The notes: a model not told the origin generated them from the letters alone. Counted from the first letter of the stretch, positions 1 through 10,568 are shown. The stretch: DNA of 64,000 bases from Candidatus Omnitrophota bacterium (GCA_015231405.1 JADGBR010000004.1:64189-128188); one strand, 5' to 3'. Made by a program: numbers and translations.

Positions 1-423
1 GTTCCAACTCAATCCTCTACTATTGAACTGTTTTAAGATACTGTTCCATCCAACCTGTGGGACCTTATAAATATCCCCATCACCCGGAGGGTCCAATCTC
101 TTGACCATACCCTTAATAATATCCAGGCCTTCCCATGTACCGTGCTCTTCGGATGTCGTCATCAGAAGCTGCATCCCGAGACAGATACCCAGGAGCGGCT
201 TCCCCGATGAGGCGAACTCTTTTAACGGAGCGATAAGCCCTCTTTCTTTGAGATGCTTTATCCCCTCGCCAAACGCCCCTACCCCAGGCAGGATAATACT
301 TGAAGCGGCGAGAATGTCTTCCGGATCAGCGGAAACCGCAACCTGGGTCCCGACAGATTCGAACGCTCTCCGGAGATTAAACAAATTACCCAGATTATAA
401 TCGACTATGACAATATTTTTCAT
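1..423 (-). CDS. hisH: Glutamine amidotransferase HisH paralogue (partial, runs off the left edge)
   Basis: Not in the ORF track; manual translation from ATG at 423 gives MKNIVIVDYNLGNLFNLRRAF...IILPGVGAFGEG...KPLLGICLGMQLL, the class I GATase motifs. Lies directly downstream of hisF. Confidence 0.9.
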   Translation of the reverse strand, partial: MKNIVIVDYNLGNLFNLRRAFESVGTQVAVSADPEDILAASSIILPGVGAFGEGIKHLKERGLIAPLKEFASSGKPLLGICLGMQLLMTTSEEHGTWEGLDIIKGMVKRLDPPGDGDIYKVPQVGWNSILKQFNSRGLSWN

Positions 424-444
424 TGTTTTCCGAGGCTATTAAGT

Positions 445-1338
445 TCATATCCTGACTTCTATCCCGTTTTTTACCATATCCTCTTTAACCTCACGAATGG
501 ATGCGGGCTTTACGGTACAAGCTCGCTCCCCCCCATACCCATGATTCAGAAAATCAACGTTCCCCGAATCTATATGTTCTCCCATACGCAGTCTAGCTTC
601 CGAAAAAGACATGAAAGGTTTATTCACGGGCGTCGCGTAGTTATAGTGGAATATTGACGCCGCCGCGGCGGCCTGCGCGCCGCCATTTCTTATGACCTTT
701 GAGAGATCGCTTTTAGTTCCTGCGCCGCCTGAGGCTATAACCGGGATACTGACGATCGAAGAGATCCTGTTTGTAAGCTCAATATCATAACCTTCCCCCA
801 TCCCTTCAGAGTTTATGGATGTCAATAGGATCTCCCCGACGCCCAGTCCTTCCACCTGTTTGGCCCATTCTATGGCGTCAAGGCCCGTAACCTCTCTACC
901 ATAATCGACCCATACCTGATATTTCCCGTCACTTATCCGGAACGCCTCTATCGAGCTTACTATGCATTGTGACCCGAACACCTTTACCGCTTCGGAAAGA
1001 AGCGCGGGATTCTCTACCGCTCCCGTATTGATCGCTACCTTATCCGCGCCTGCCCTTAATATCTGCCGGATATCCTCGATCGTCCTTATTCCTCCGGCTA
1101 CGGTAAGCGGGACAAAAACTTTCATCGCTGTCTTCTTAATTATCTCTAAAAGAGAATTTCTGCGATATAAACTGGCTACAGCGTCCTGATATATCAGCTC
1201 GTCTATCCCTTCCCTGTAATAAAGCTCCCCGAATTGCTCGGCGGTGCCAAGCACCCGGTGTCCGTCAAATTGGACGCCCTTTATCAGATTAGGCCCTTTG
1301 ATATCAAGCCTGGCTATGACTCTAACGGCATGTCCCAT
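445..1338 (-). CDS. hisF: Imidazole glycerol phosphate synthase cyclase HisF paralogue (polysaccharide-cluster type)
   Basis: RVIARLDIK, VPLTVAGGIR, GADKVAINT, GEILLTSI, PVIASGGAG, AAASIFH motifs; extra C-terminal tail. Confidence 0.9.
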   Translation of the reverse strand: MGHAVRVIARLDIKGPNLIKGVQFDGHRVLGTAEQFGELYYREGIDELIYQDAVASLYRRNSLLEIIKKTAMKVFVPLTVAGGIRTIEDIRQILRAGADKVAINTGAVENPALLSEAVKVFGSQCIVSSIEAFRISDGKYQVWVDYGREVTGLDAIEWAKQVEGLGVGEILLTSINSEGMGEGYDIELTNRISSIVSIPVIASGGAGTKSDLSKVIRNGGAQAAAAASIFHYNYATPVNKPFMSFSEARLRMGEHIDSGNVDFLNHGYGGERACTVKPASIREVKEDMVKNGIEVRI

Positions 1339-1364
1339 TTATCGAGCTTTATCCTCAAAGCAAA

Positions 1365-2090
1365 TTAAATATTCAATACGGAAAGATTGTTGTGAAAATT
1401 CGGCAATAATTTCAGATCCGGGGATTTTCCCATAACAAGACAATTATCGGGAATATCCTGGTTAATAATAGTTGTACCGTGAGAAACGATCACGTTATTT
1501 CCGATCTTGCAATCGCCGTAAATAGTGACATTCGCCATAATTACTACCCCGTCACCGAAAACCGGATGAATGTAATCGGCAGGGTCCTTGCCTACTATGT
1601 CGTAAGGCCCGATATGCACGTTATTGTATAAATTCAATCCAATCCCATATTTTGAATGTGAATCAATTACCGTACCTATAGGATGGCACGGTATAAAATA
1701 ATCGCCGATATCCGACCTGTAATAAATATCTACCGAGGTCCTGGCCCTCGATGAGTAGTAGATCGCTTCAGCTATATCCAGCCTTGTCCCGGCCCTGAAA
1801 AGAGCGTTAGCCACTCTTAAACAGATAATTAAATAATGGTCAAAATGTTTAAGGTCCAGCAACCCTTTCCCGCTTTGAGAAAAATACCTGTCCTTGATCC
1901 GGGAATGCTGTTCGAGCAGGCATTGATGAACGCCCTTGAAAGTAGACTTAAACTCCCCACCATCCATGTAATCATCCATTTCATATGGATGATCAGATTT
2001 GACCGTCCTGACAAAAGCCTTATAATTCCTATTCAAAATATCCTTTCCTGAACAATTCATGCTCAAAAACCCTAACTTCTGCTTTTTCAA
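1365..2090 (-). CDS. Hexapeptide-repeat (left-handed beta-helix) acyltransferase, serine acetyltransferase-like
   Basis: HPIGTVI, PVFGDGVVIMANVTIYGDCKIGNNVIV, IPDNCLVMGKSP. TTG start; alternative ATG at 2060. Confidence 0.75.
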   Translation of the reverse strand: MKKQKLGFLSMNCSGKDILNRNYKAFVRTVKSDHPYEMDDYMDGGEFKSTFKGVHQCLLEQHSRIKDRYFSQSGKGLLDLKHFDHYLIICLRVANALFRAGTRLDIAEAIYYSSRARTSVDIYYRSDIGDYFIPCHPIGTVIDSHSKYGIGLNLYNNVHIGPYDIVGKDPADYIHPVFGDGVVIMANVTIYGDCKIGNNVIVSHGTTIINQDIPDNCLVMGKSPDLKLLPNFHNNLSVLNI

Positions 2091-2219
2091 TTATTCGTTT
2101 AGTAAGTTTTAAACAATCTAAACATCGTAACTATTTCATTTTTAATATCAATTTTTATCACATCAAATACCGATTTATTAAGGATAAATCAGCTCGGCCA
2201 AGTTATTTTATATTCTAAC

Positions 2220-3191
2220 TTACCGCATTAACGCCATTTTTGTCAACCGGTGACGCTTCTCCAGTTTGTCTATGTGCACAAAAGGATAATGCCTCGAGAA
2301 ATGATAGTTCACGAAAACAGGCTTTCCATCGATAATGTGGATATCCCTCACATCCCATGGGTAGTTATTAAATTCGACCATCTCTCCACAAGGTAATTTC
2401 TTGCTTACCCTGTTCAAACAGTAGAAAATATTATCCGTAGCGGCATATTTGCGTATATAACGGAAGTACTCTCCAACCGTGCGCATGTTCATTTCCTGCA
2501 TCGAATTTATGTTCACAGAGAGGGTATATTCGACCGAATCTATTTTTTCGTAATGTTCAGCCGGGCAATATATAAGGTCCGAAACTTCCAGCCTGTCTTT
2601 ATCAACTACTCCTTCTTCCACGCCATAATGGCTGGCTTGGGGAAAAAAAAGCTGCATATTAACGGATTGGTAAAGCAATACTTTCCCGATATCGACTAGT
2701 ATTATCCGGGCATTCGGATATGCGGTCTTCAACAATAGAGATGTTATTCCGGGGCCATCACCTATTATTAAAATACTGAACTTGGCGGCTATATCCATTT
2801 TGAGATGTTTTTTTATAAGAGTGACGGCGCAGACTTGCTTGAAAACCTCATTAGTAAGGGCATATCCTTTTTCTTGAAGTAGCTGATATGCCTTTATGGT
2901 TTCCCTGAAATGCGACAACGGGTCCTCCAACCGAAAGAAATAAGTAAATACGCATAGATAGCTCAGGATCCTATTAATGATATTAAGTTTGAGGCTAGGC
3001 AAACCAGAAGACCTAAGAGATAGAATCCCGGTCCTCACATCATGATCCGCCTGTAACTTAGCGCCATAGATCTTCCAATGAGAAGAAATATGGGCCTCTG
3101 GGTCCATATTAGTCGCGGAGAAATATCGTTTCAGTAAAAATAAGACATAATTTTTCTCAACCAGCTCAGTGGTCTTTATCTTTAATTCCAT
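2220..3191 (-). CDS. Putative sugar O-methyltransferase (class I SAM fold)
   Basis: ILIIGDGPG motif I, IILVDI, NINSMQEM..TVGEYF pattern; glycan-cluster context. Confidence 0.7.
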   Translation of the reverse strand: MELKIKTTELVEKNYVLFLLKRYFSATNMDPEAHISSHWKIYGAKLQADHDVRTGILSLRSSGLPSLKLNIINRILSYLCVFTYFFRLEDPLSHFRETIKAYQLLQEKGYALTNEVFKQVCAVTLIKKHLKMDIAAKFSILIIGDGPGITSLLLKTAYPNARIILVDIGKVLLYQSVNMQLFFPQASHYGVEEGVVDKDRLEVSDLIYCPAEHYEKIDSVEYTLSVNINSMQEMNMRTVGEYFRYIRKYAATDNIFYCLNRVSKKLPCGEMVEFNNYPWDVRDIHIIDGKPVFVNYHFSRHYPFVHIDKLEKRHRLTKMALMR

Positions 3192-3206
3192 AATGAGATC
3201 CTAATA

Positions 3207-3914
3207 TTATTTTTTATCTCTACCACGGGAGGCCAACAAGTGTATTTTTCTCATAGCGTAATACGGCAAACGCAACAACCTGTTAAATATCGGGTCATTG
3301 ATTCCGTGATAGACGGTACCGCCTCCAAGCCTTTCAATGGACTTCAATATGACCTCCCTGTCTCCCATAAATGGTTTGTTGCTATTTTTCCGATAACAGG
3401 GGCAAACTAAGCCATTGATATCCCGCAACAAGATAAGCGTATAATCGTTATATTTTACGAGCATATCCACGAATCCAACCGAGTAAAAGTTATTGCAGTG
3501 TCCTTTCCATTTCCCGGTTTCCTGAAAAGCTTTGATATCCGGCAGAAAATGGATGGCGATGCCTCCTGTTTTGAGGCAATCGTGGACGTTCTTGAAACAT
3601 GTATATTGCGCTTCGTAGGGTTCAACGTGTTCTAAAGTACCCGCGTTTGTAACAATGTCGAATTGGCTTAACCATTCAGGCTTTTTTATGGGCTTGGATA
3701 GATCAACTTTCAAGGCGCCGCGGCGGCCGTTGAGGTCGAAGGAGGTGTGGATGACTCCTCTATTAGTAAAATATTCTTTACCCGTTTTCTCCGGGATACC
3801 CTCGCCGGACACTTCCTGGTCGCCGAGCTCAAGCATTTTTTTGCCTCTTAAGTCGCCTATGCTCATGGCAGCGCATTCTAATATGTATTCCAGATATGGT
3901 TTTTTTAAGCCCAT
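3207..3914 (-). CDS. Class I SAM-dependent methyltransferase
   Basis: MLELGDQ, FDIVTNAGTLEHV, LKTGG. Start placed at ATG 3914, which overlaps the upstream stop (TAATG). Confidence 0.75.
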   Translation of the reverse strand: MGLKKPYLEYILECAAMSIGDLRGKKMLELGDQEVSGEGIPEKTGKEYFTNRGVIHTSFDLNGRRGALKVDLSKPIKKPEWLSQFDIVTNAGTLEHVEPYEAQYTCFKNVHDCLKTGGIAIHFLPDIKAFQETGKWKGHCNNFYSVGFVDMLVKYNDYTLILLRDINGLVCPCYRKNSNKPFMGDREVILKSIERLGGGTVYHGINDPIFNRLLRLPYYAMRKIHLLASRGRDKK

Positions 3915-5425
3915 TATCTCTTCTCCATATTTTTGAACATTTCGTTGACCTTTTCGGGCAGGAACATCTTCATTCTGTATTTCCTTTCGGCCGTCCATTT
4001 CCTTTCCTCAACAGAAAAACCCTCAAAAAGGTAGGCTTTGAAGGTCAAGGGGTGCGGGGATGAAGAAGCAAGGACCAGGCCTTTCGGGTCCTCTAATGGA
4101 AAATGGTCTTTCTTTATAGGAGACAAGAAATTCGTGTTGACGAGGAGCATAAGATCGTGGCCGGGACCGGTTTCCCATTGTTTGCCGGTCTCGTCTATCC
4201 TGGTTATCCGTTCTCTGGGGCAGTTTTTAGTATTCTTGTAAATGAAATATCGCGGATACTCTAAATCGAAATAGGCGCGGAAAAATATCAGGAAAGAGAT
4301 AATTGAGGTCCCCGCGACCGTCCAAACAGCTAACCTCCTCACACCCGGCAAAGAGATTTCCTTTATCGCCAAGACGAGAGCGATCACAAGCATCGGGATG
4401 TAAAAATGTATAAGCCTGCCGTAAAACACCACTTTATTGAAGAAGACACCCAGGATGCCGTGATAAAGATACAGGATAAGCGCGGCGGTTATGACGCTTT
4501 TATCGGGAGTGAATTTAAGAATATCTTTTCGTGTGCGGGATATCACATAGGCGAGAAAGCCGCATATAAGGATAGCACCCGCCGGTCCCTCGACCTGGAG
4601 AAGATATTTAACGATAAATACAAGGCTTTCGCTGAAAGTCCCCTGGGTGGCTGTTCCGCTGAGCTGAGCGAGATCGGCTAAATAGGGACGCCCGGCTATC
4701 CGCGAGATCACCTCGGTTATCGAAATAACACAACCGGCGGAAACAAAATATACCAGTATGCCGGGCAATATTCTGTCTTTAAGCAAAATGAAAACTATCC
4801 CGAAGAACGCTAAAATATTGCAGTAACCCGGATAGACCAGGAACGATAACGCGCTTAAAATACCGCATAACGCGTAGATCGATATCCCGGGTTCTTTGAC
4901 GGCCCTGACCCTGAGATACAGATACAGCGCAAGAAAAAAAATGGAAATAGCCATATCGTACGGGAAAATATGACGCAAATAAATATTTGAGTTACAGAGA
5001 AGAGCATACACTCCCGCGCCCAGGAATGATATCCTCCTTTCCCCGGAGAGCACGAAGATGATCCTGTAAAACAAGTAAAGCGCCCCGACAGAGACCGCCA
5101 CGTTAAAAAAACTGACGACACAAGGGAAATGATAACCGTACGGCGTTATAAGCCGCAGTTTTACGAGCAGTTGCTGCACTGCCGCTATCGGGATACAAGC
5201 GGCGATGAACCCGGGCCTTCCCTGGGAGTGGAACATATTGTAAAACGCGTCCCGAAAATGCCCATCTACCAGGGCCCCATACGCCTTATAAACCATATTG
5301 TACCTGAATTCGTCCGGAAAGAAGAACTGGCCTTTGTTTATTAGCGACAACCGAAGCAGAAACACGACCAGCAATAGAACAAATGTAAGAGAACCCCTAA
5401 CGAAAGGTTTCTGAAATGATATCAT
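3914..5425 (-). CDS. Multi-pass membrane protein, putative GT-C fold glycosyltransferase
   Basis: Many hydrophobic segments; PDEFRY acidic motif in the first loop. Start inferred at ATG 5425. Confidence 0.55.
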   Translation of the reverse strand: MISFQKPFVRGSLTFVLLLVVFLLRLSLINKGQFFFPDEFRYNMVYKAYGALVDGHFRDAFYNMFHSQGRPGFIAACIPIAAVQQLLVKLRLITPYGYHFPCVVSFFNVAVSVGALYLFYRIIFVLSGERRISFLGAGVYALLCNSNIYLRHIFPYDMAISIFFLALYLYLRVRAVKEPGISIYALCGILSALSFLVYPGYCNILAFFGIVFILLKDRILPGILVYFVSAGCVISITEVISRIAGRPYLADLAQLSGTATQGTFSESLVFIVKYLLQVEGPAGAILICGFLAYVISRTRKDILKFTPDKSVITAALILYLYHGILGVFFNKVVFYGRLIHFYIPMLVIALVLAIKEISLPGVRRLAVWTVAGTSIISFLIFFRAYFDLEYPRYFIYKNTKNCPRERITRIDETGKQWETGPGHDLMLLVNTNFLSPIKKDHFPLEDPKGLVLASSSPHPLTFKAYLFEGFSVEERKWTAERKYRMKMFLPEKVNEMFKNMEKR

Positions 5426-5439
5426 AATTCTATTTCGCT

Positions 5440-6600
5440 TCATAAAGGCCTTGGCAATTGCCCCATAAAATCTCGCCATGGCAGGAATTCTATTTTTTCA
5501 TACTTATAGGGGCGAGGCGTAAAGCAAACACAGATAGCCCTTGTATGGCCATGGTCGCTGATAAAACTTCTAAGCCCCCTGACATCGCTTAAACGCGGCT
5601 CCCCCGAGGCCTTTATCTCGACAGCCCAGATCTCATCCCTGAACTCCAAGATCATATCTATTTCAGCCCCGTCCGATGTCCTAAAAAAACTCATCTTTGA
5701 CGCCGCCTCCGAGTAGTCAAGTATCCTTTTCGTTTCGACCATAATAAAATGCTCGAATGCCCTGCCATAGGGAGGAGTTCCCGCGACCAATCCGCTATAG
5801 ATGACATTTTTCAAACAGGCAACTATCCCGCAATCAAAAAAGTAAAACTTCGGATGGGACACTATTTTAGTCCGGCTTGATCTGCCATAAGGGTATATAA
5901 AAAAACCCAGCAGGGTATCTTCCAGGATCTGAAAATATTCTTTGATGGTCTTTGAATGAACGCCCACTTCACGGGCCAAACTCTGGTAATTGATCAGATT
6001 GCCGTTCTCATAAGCCGCCAACTCCTGGAACCTGGCGAAAGCCGGTATGTTCCTGATCAACGCTTCCTGGGTCACCTCTTCATTAAGATAAGTCTCAATA
6101 TAGCTTTTTAACAGCCGTATTTTATCTTCTCCTTTCTTTTCCAGGGCTATCTTGGGCAATGTTCCGAAAAGAAGAGCGTCTTCCAGAATAAAACCATCCC
6201 CCAGTTCCATATGCGTAAAAGGATAAAGATGTATCGTAATGGCCCTCCCTCCCAACAGGTTCGCGCCTGATCTCTTAAGTTTACGGGCACTTGATCCGGT
6301 CAAAATAAATTTCATCTTTGGTTTTTCTTCCATAAGTAACTGAACCTCATCCAGGAGCCCGGGTAAACGTTGGATCTCATCGATAACGATCAATCCCTCC
6401 TCTATATTTAACGCCCTTACTTCCCCGGAAAGCAAGGATACATCCCTGGCATATCGCATAAACTCGCTATGTTTAAGAAGATCGATAAAAATAACAGGAG
6501 ATAGGGTATTTTTTATTAAATACGTTTTTCCGGTCTGGCGAGGACCAAGTAGAAATAATGAGTGTTTGTATTTTTCTAGGCAGATTGTTCGTTGAGTCAT
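5440..6600 (-). CDS. AAA+ ATPase with DUF4143 and C-terminal PD-(D/E)xK-like domain
   Basis: GPRQTGKT Walker A, IDEIQR Walker B, LTGSS, PKFYFFDCG, EIDMILE..AVEIK. Confidence 0.85.
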   Translation of the reverse strand: MTQRTICLEKYKHSLFLLGPRQTGKTYLIKNTLSPVIFIDLLKHSEFMRYARDVSLLSGEVRALNIEEGLIVIDEIQRLPGLLDEVQLLMEEKPKMKFILTGSSARKLKRSGANLLGGRAITIHLYPFTHMELGDGFILEDALLFGTLPKIALEKKGEDKIRLLKSYIETYLNEEVTQEALIRNIPAFARFQELAAYENGNLINYQSLAREVGVHSKTIKEYFQILEDTLLGFFIYPYGRSSRTKIVSHPKFYFFDCGIVACLKNVIYSGLVAGTPPYGRAFEHFIMVETKRILDYSEAASKMSFFRTSDGAEIDMILEFRDEIWAVEIKASGEPRLSDVRGLRSFISDHGHTRAICVCFTPRPYKYEKIEFLPWRDFMGQLPRPL

Positions 6601-6606
6601 ATATCA

Positions 6607-6634
6607 ATAATACACGTAATTATTGGAATGTCAA
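6607..6634 (-). promoter_or_regulatory. Sigma70-type promoter for the AAA-DUF4143 gene (probably leaderless)
   Basis: Minus strand TTGACA-16 nt-TATTAT, with ATG 6 nt downstream. Confidence 0.65.
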
Positions 6635-6646
6635 CCATTATTTACG

Positions 6647-7741
6647 TCATTTAAGCGATTTAGTCACTATGTCGTATATCCATCCTGCGATATATTGATT
6701 GCCTGTTCCGGTGTAATGGCCTTCGGAGTACGCGAACGAAAGGACCCCGGGCTTAAGAAAGAATTTGTCGATCTCTTCCTTAGACAGGTTCCTTAAAGGC
6801 GGCACGAGATCGATAAACGTAATACCATAAGAGGCTAATTTATCTTTAAGCAAAGCCCTCCATACGTCGGATCCGCTGCCATTAACATCCTGATATACGG
6901 GCAAATATACCACGTATAGCTTTGAGTTTCCAATTTTATCCAGCTCTTCGAAAAGTTTCAGCACCATTCCCTCGGCGGATTCAGGGGTGTCATATATTGT
7001 TACACTGGCTTTCTTGATCGCGTCAGTTTTAGGGAAAAAATGTCTGTGGATATCTTTCAAAAGCTTGAATGATCTTAATTCCCACATTATCCACAGATTA
7101 CGCGATAACCATGGGAATGAATACCATTTTTTGGGGACAGGGACGTTCTCTACCGCCAGTTCATTATTAACGAGCCTCAAAACCGGTTTCCCATAGCGCT
7201 GAAAAGTTTTCCACTGGGTCCTTCTGATGTCGTCTGTTATGAAAGCGAAAATATGGATGTCATGGTCGTATTTAACGCCGTCTTCCTCATACCACAGGTA
7301 TGACTGGTCGATGCCATAACCGCACTGGCCCATGTTGATAATTTCGAGACCCGGATCTATTTTTTCCATTAAAGACGGCCAGGTATCGTTATTCGCGACC
7401 CCGTAACCGAAAGTAAAAGAATCACCGGAACAAATTATTCTTTTTTTACCCGAGGGGATCTCTTTAGAGTATTCCTTATCCGCCCTGATCGATCCGGAAT
7501 TGATAGTTACATCATTGCCCGGGCCGAACATATCCGCGATATGCGTGTTCGGTATACTTTTCCAGCCTAAAAGGCTGTCATATCTGGTGTATAGCCTATC
7601 GGCTAAAGGGGGTTTGGCATTACAGGCTATGTCCCTAATGAACAGCACCAGGCTGGAAGTGCCTTCAAATAGGATAAAGATCGCGACAAAGACCAGAATT
7701 AAGAGCGCTATATTCCCTGCAGCTCTTTTTATTATCCCCAT
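6647..7741 (-). CDS. SGNH/GDSL hydrolase-family protein with N-terminal membrane anchor (possible O-acyl transferase or esterase)
   Basis: CSGDSFTFGYG block I, INMGQCGYGIDQ block II, EGHYT block V. GAGG precedes ATG 7741. Confidence 0.8.
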   Translation of the reverse strand: MGIIKRAAGNIALLILVFVAIFILFEGTSSLVLFIRDIACNAKPPLADRLYTRYDSLLGWKSIPNTHIADMFGPGNDVTINSGSIRADKEYSKEIPSGKKRIICSGDSFTFGYGVANNDTWPSLMEKIDPGLEIINMGQCGYGIDQSYLWYEEDGVKYDHDIHIFAFITDDIRRTQWKTFQRYGKPVLRLVNNELAVENVPVPKKWYSFPWLSRNLWIMWELRSFKLLKDIHRHFFPKTDAIKKASVTIYDTPESAEGMVLKLFEELDKIGNSKLYVVYLPVYQDVNGSGSDVWRALLKDKLASYGITFIDLVPPLRNLSKEEIDKFFLKPGVLSFAYSEGHYTGTGNQYIAGWIYDIVTKSLK

Positions 7742-7761
7742 TGTTATCCTCACTCTACTTT

Positions 7762-9327
7762 TTATGGATACGGCTGTATCTTGACGGGTTGCCGCTGTTC
7801 TCCAACTTCAAGGAGCCACTTTTTTCTGTCCTTGTAGTATTCGAACAGATCCGAATTATCCGCCATATCCCTCGCCCAAACGACGGATGAGGCGTCAATG
7901 TCGGCGTTATTATAAACCCACTCTTCATGGACAGTATGCCCCGAAAGATATTTTACTACCACCAGATGCTTCTTGCCCGTCTTTTCGAGATATCGTTCGA
8001 TCTTAGCGCGCTCTTTGCCGTGTAAATAAATTTCCGAATTCCTGTCCTTTCTCAGGTTTACGACCCCGCCTATGAATAGCAGTACGGCTAAAAGAATATA
8101 ACCCCCGAGAAGAAACCGGCCTATCTTTTTACCGCCTGTATTTACCCCTGATATCTCCCCAAGCGCTTTAACCGACAATAAGAAAACAAGCCCGGTAAAT
8201 GGCGCGGCATAATGAGAGTAGAAGTGCACAGACAAACCGATGACAATGAAATACGCTATCAAAATGACATAAGCGAAAACCGCCCATTTATCGCGCCTGA
8301 ACGATAGTGCCGGATAAATTAGAAGTATTCCAAAATATATGCCGTAAAGCAATTTCCCGCCCCAGAAATTCCATAGTTCATTTATCCGTTCTCCGTAACG
8401 GGTGATAATATTTCCGGGTTTATAAAATTCCGGCGAAGTCTTATCCTCATAAAATATCTTCATTTCGATATTATTGTAAACGGGCGCCGGCTTAACACCC
8501 TGCCATACAAAAACAGGGGTTGGGCAGTATTGTTCTTCGTAAGCCTTATACGGCATTTCCAGGGCATCTCCCGTCAGGCGGTAGTTGTAATATCCCATCC
8601 AAAGGACGATGGGGACTAAGAGAACGACCAAAGGCAAAAACAATTTTCTAAGGATATTCGCCGGAGTACACCCTTCTTTTTTCATGAAGAGGACCAGCGC
8701 AAGTATCGAAAGCGCCCCGAGGATCAACCCTTCCCACGGCCTTGTGTTGGCCAAGACGGCAAGACCAAGCGCCAGGGGCAGGATATTTTTCATCTTTTTA
8801 TCCCCGAGAAAACGCGGCAGAGAACCAATAAGCAATGCTCCACCAAAAGCCGCCACGGCTCCCCCGAAATAGGTCTGGCTCCTATATCCCCCGACTCCGA
8901 GATACAAGTGCGTTATCGCCATCATACCGCCTATTATGGCCCAGGGAGGGCGCACAAATCCCCAAAGCATCCATGTTATACTCCCGGCCATTAGCGTAAG
9001 CCCTATCCATATACCCGCCGCGGCGTCACCCGCGAGAACCTTACCCAACGCGAGTACCAACCCCTGTCCGGGAGGATATTTTGACATGTAAGTAGGTTTT
9101 TGTGTCAGGTGAAATGTCTCAAAATGTCTCCACATGGGATGGGTCGGATTCGTAAGCCTGCCATGCGAAAAAGTGTCGGCGGCAAGCAGGTAACTATATT
9201 CGTCGTGGATCCTCGGGACCGGTTTGCCGATGACCCCCGAAACCCCGGCGGCGAGAAAAAAAGCCAGCAGAGAAACGAGACAAACAGACAATAACTGGTT
9301 GTCAAATAACGTTTTAGGACGCAGCAT
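7762..9327 (-). CDS. Multi-pass membrane protein, putative GT-C fold glycosyltransferase
   Basis: IHDEYSYLL first-loop DE motif, SKYPPG, NTRPWEG, many transmembrane segments. Start uncertain (TTG 9363 or ATG 9327). Confidence 0.6.
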   Translation of the reverse strand: MLRPKTLFDNQLLSVCLVSLLAFFLAAGVSGVIGKPVPRIHDEYSYLLAADTFSHGRLTNPTHPMWRHFETFHLTQKPTYMSKYPPGQGLVLALGKVLAGDAAAGIWIGLTLMAGSITWMLWGFVRPPWAIIGGMMAITHLYLGVGGYRSQTYFGGAVAAFGGALLIGSLPRFLGDKKMKNILPLALGLAVLANTRPWEGLILGALSILALVLFMKKEGCTPANILRKLFLPLVVLLVPIVLWMGYYNYRLTGDALEMPYKAYEEQYCPTPVFVWQGVKPAPVYNNIEMKIFYEDKTSPEFYKPGNIITRYGERINELWNFWGGKLLYGIYFGILLIYPALSFRRDKWAVFAYVILIAYFIVIGLSVHFYSHYAAPFTGLVFLLSVKALGEISGVNTGGKKIGRFLLGGYILLAVLLFIGGVVNLRKDRNSEIYLHGKERAKIERYLEKTGKKHLVVVKYLSGHTVHEEWVYNNADIDASSVVWARDMADNSDLFEYYKDRKKWLLEVGEQRQPVKIQPYP

Positions 9328-9370
9328 ATGACTAATTCTAAAGAAAAAGACTCCGGCTTTCAAGTTATTC

Positions 9371-9399
9371 TTGCCAATTTTCCGAAATTACGATATATT
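9371..9399 (+). promoter_or_regulatory. Putative sigma70 promoter for the GT2 at 9411
   Basis: TTGCCA-17 nt-TATATT. Confidence 0.45.
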
Positions 9400-9410
9400 C
9401 CATCTACCTT

Positions 9411-10568
9411 ATGAAAAAACCTTCACCTTTAGTGTCTATAGTAATGCCCTGCCTCAACGAAGAAGAAACACTCGGGATATGCATAGAAAGGTCTAAAGCT
9501 GTTCTTAAAGACAATGCTATTGACGGCGAGATCATTGTTTGCGATAACGGATCGACCGACAGATCTGTGGAAATAGCACGGAGCCTGGGCGCTAAGGTTG
9601 TCCACGAACCAGAAAAAGGGTACGGCAACGCTTATCTTAAAGGATTTTCGGAAGCGCGCGGCGAATATTTCGTAATGATCGACGCCGATAATACCTATGA
9701 TTTCTCCCAGATACCGGTCTTTATTGAAAAACTTGAGAAAGAGTGTTATGACTTCGTCACCGGCAAAAGAATATTGAATTCACCGGGGACAGGGGCGATG
9801 TCATCTTCTCACTTCTTCGGGAATAAGATACTGACCTTCCTTCTGAACATTTTTTTTGGCACGAATTATACCGATGTCTACTGCGGCTTCAGGGCATTTT
9901 CCCGGGGAGCGTATGACAGGATAAAACCTGTCAGCGAAGGAATGGAATTCAACCTGGAAATAGCGATCAACGCCGCTAAGGACCATCTCAGGATCATCGA
10001 GATCCCCACTTCTTTATCACCAAGGAAGGGACAATCCAAACTTCGAACTTTCTACGACGGATGGAGAAGCCTTCGCCTTATGATCCTTTACGCGCCGAAT
10101 AAAACATTCGTTCTGCCAGGTTCCCTGGCAGGGATCACGGGGCTTATTCTCCATGCGCTATCCATGGCCGGTGTTTTCAATAAGCCTGTCTCCTCCGGCA
10201 ATTCGATATCCGGTATCGCGGGGATGATACTGAGCATTTTAGGTTTACATATTCTAAGCCTCGGCCTTTACACAAAGACCTACAGCCTATCGAGAAAATT
10301 CGAACGGAAAAACCAGTTCCTTGTGAACTTCTACAGCACGTTCAAACTTGAACACGGCATGACCTTGGGATCGCTGTTACTCGCCGGGGGGATCATATCG
10401 TTCTTATTGCTCATACCGCGCCTTTCGGCTATGAATTTTGAATCGGTCCTACCGGGGATGCTCTTTTCTTCGACAATTATCATATCGGGCGTCACTATCA
10501 TTTTCTCATCATTATTCATTTCGGCGATGAGCCTTGGCGGGAATCAAATAGTTAAAAAGGGTACTTAA
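9411..10568 (+). CDS. GT2 glycosyltransferase, polyprenyl/dolichol-phosphate sugar synthase (DPM-like) with C-terminal TM helices
   Basis: SIVMPCLNEE, DNGSTD, MIDADNTY, DVYCGFRAF, KLRTFYDGWRSL. Confidence 0.85.
   Translation: MKKPSPLVSIVMPCLNEEETLGICIERSKAVLKDNAIDGEIIVCDNGSTDRSVEIARSLGAKVVHEPEKGYGNAYLKGFSEARGEYFVMIDADNTYDFSQIPVFIEKLEKECYDFVTGKRILNSPGTGAMSSSHFFGNKILTFLLNIFFGTNYTDVYCGFRAFSRGAYDRIKPVSEGMEFNLEIAINAAKDHLRIIEIPTSLSPRKGQSKLRTFYDGWRSLRLMILYAPNKTFVLPGSLAGITGLILHALSMAGVFNKPVSSGNSISGIAGMILSILGLHILSLGLYTKTYSLSRKFERKNQFLVNFYSTFKLEHGMTLGSLLLAGGIISFLLLIPRLSAMNFESVLPGMLFSSTIIISGVTIIFSSLFISAMSLGGNQIVKKGT

Noticed and set aside
2644-2650. Short homopolymer A/T runs in glycan genes as phase-variable tracts
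   Set aside because: Runs of 7-8 nt are expected in these AT-richer genes and all frames are intact.
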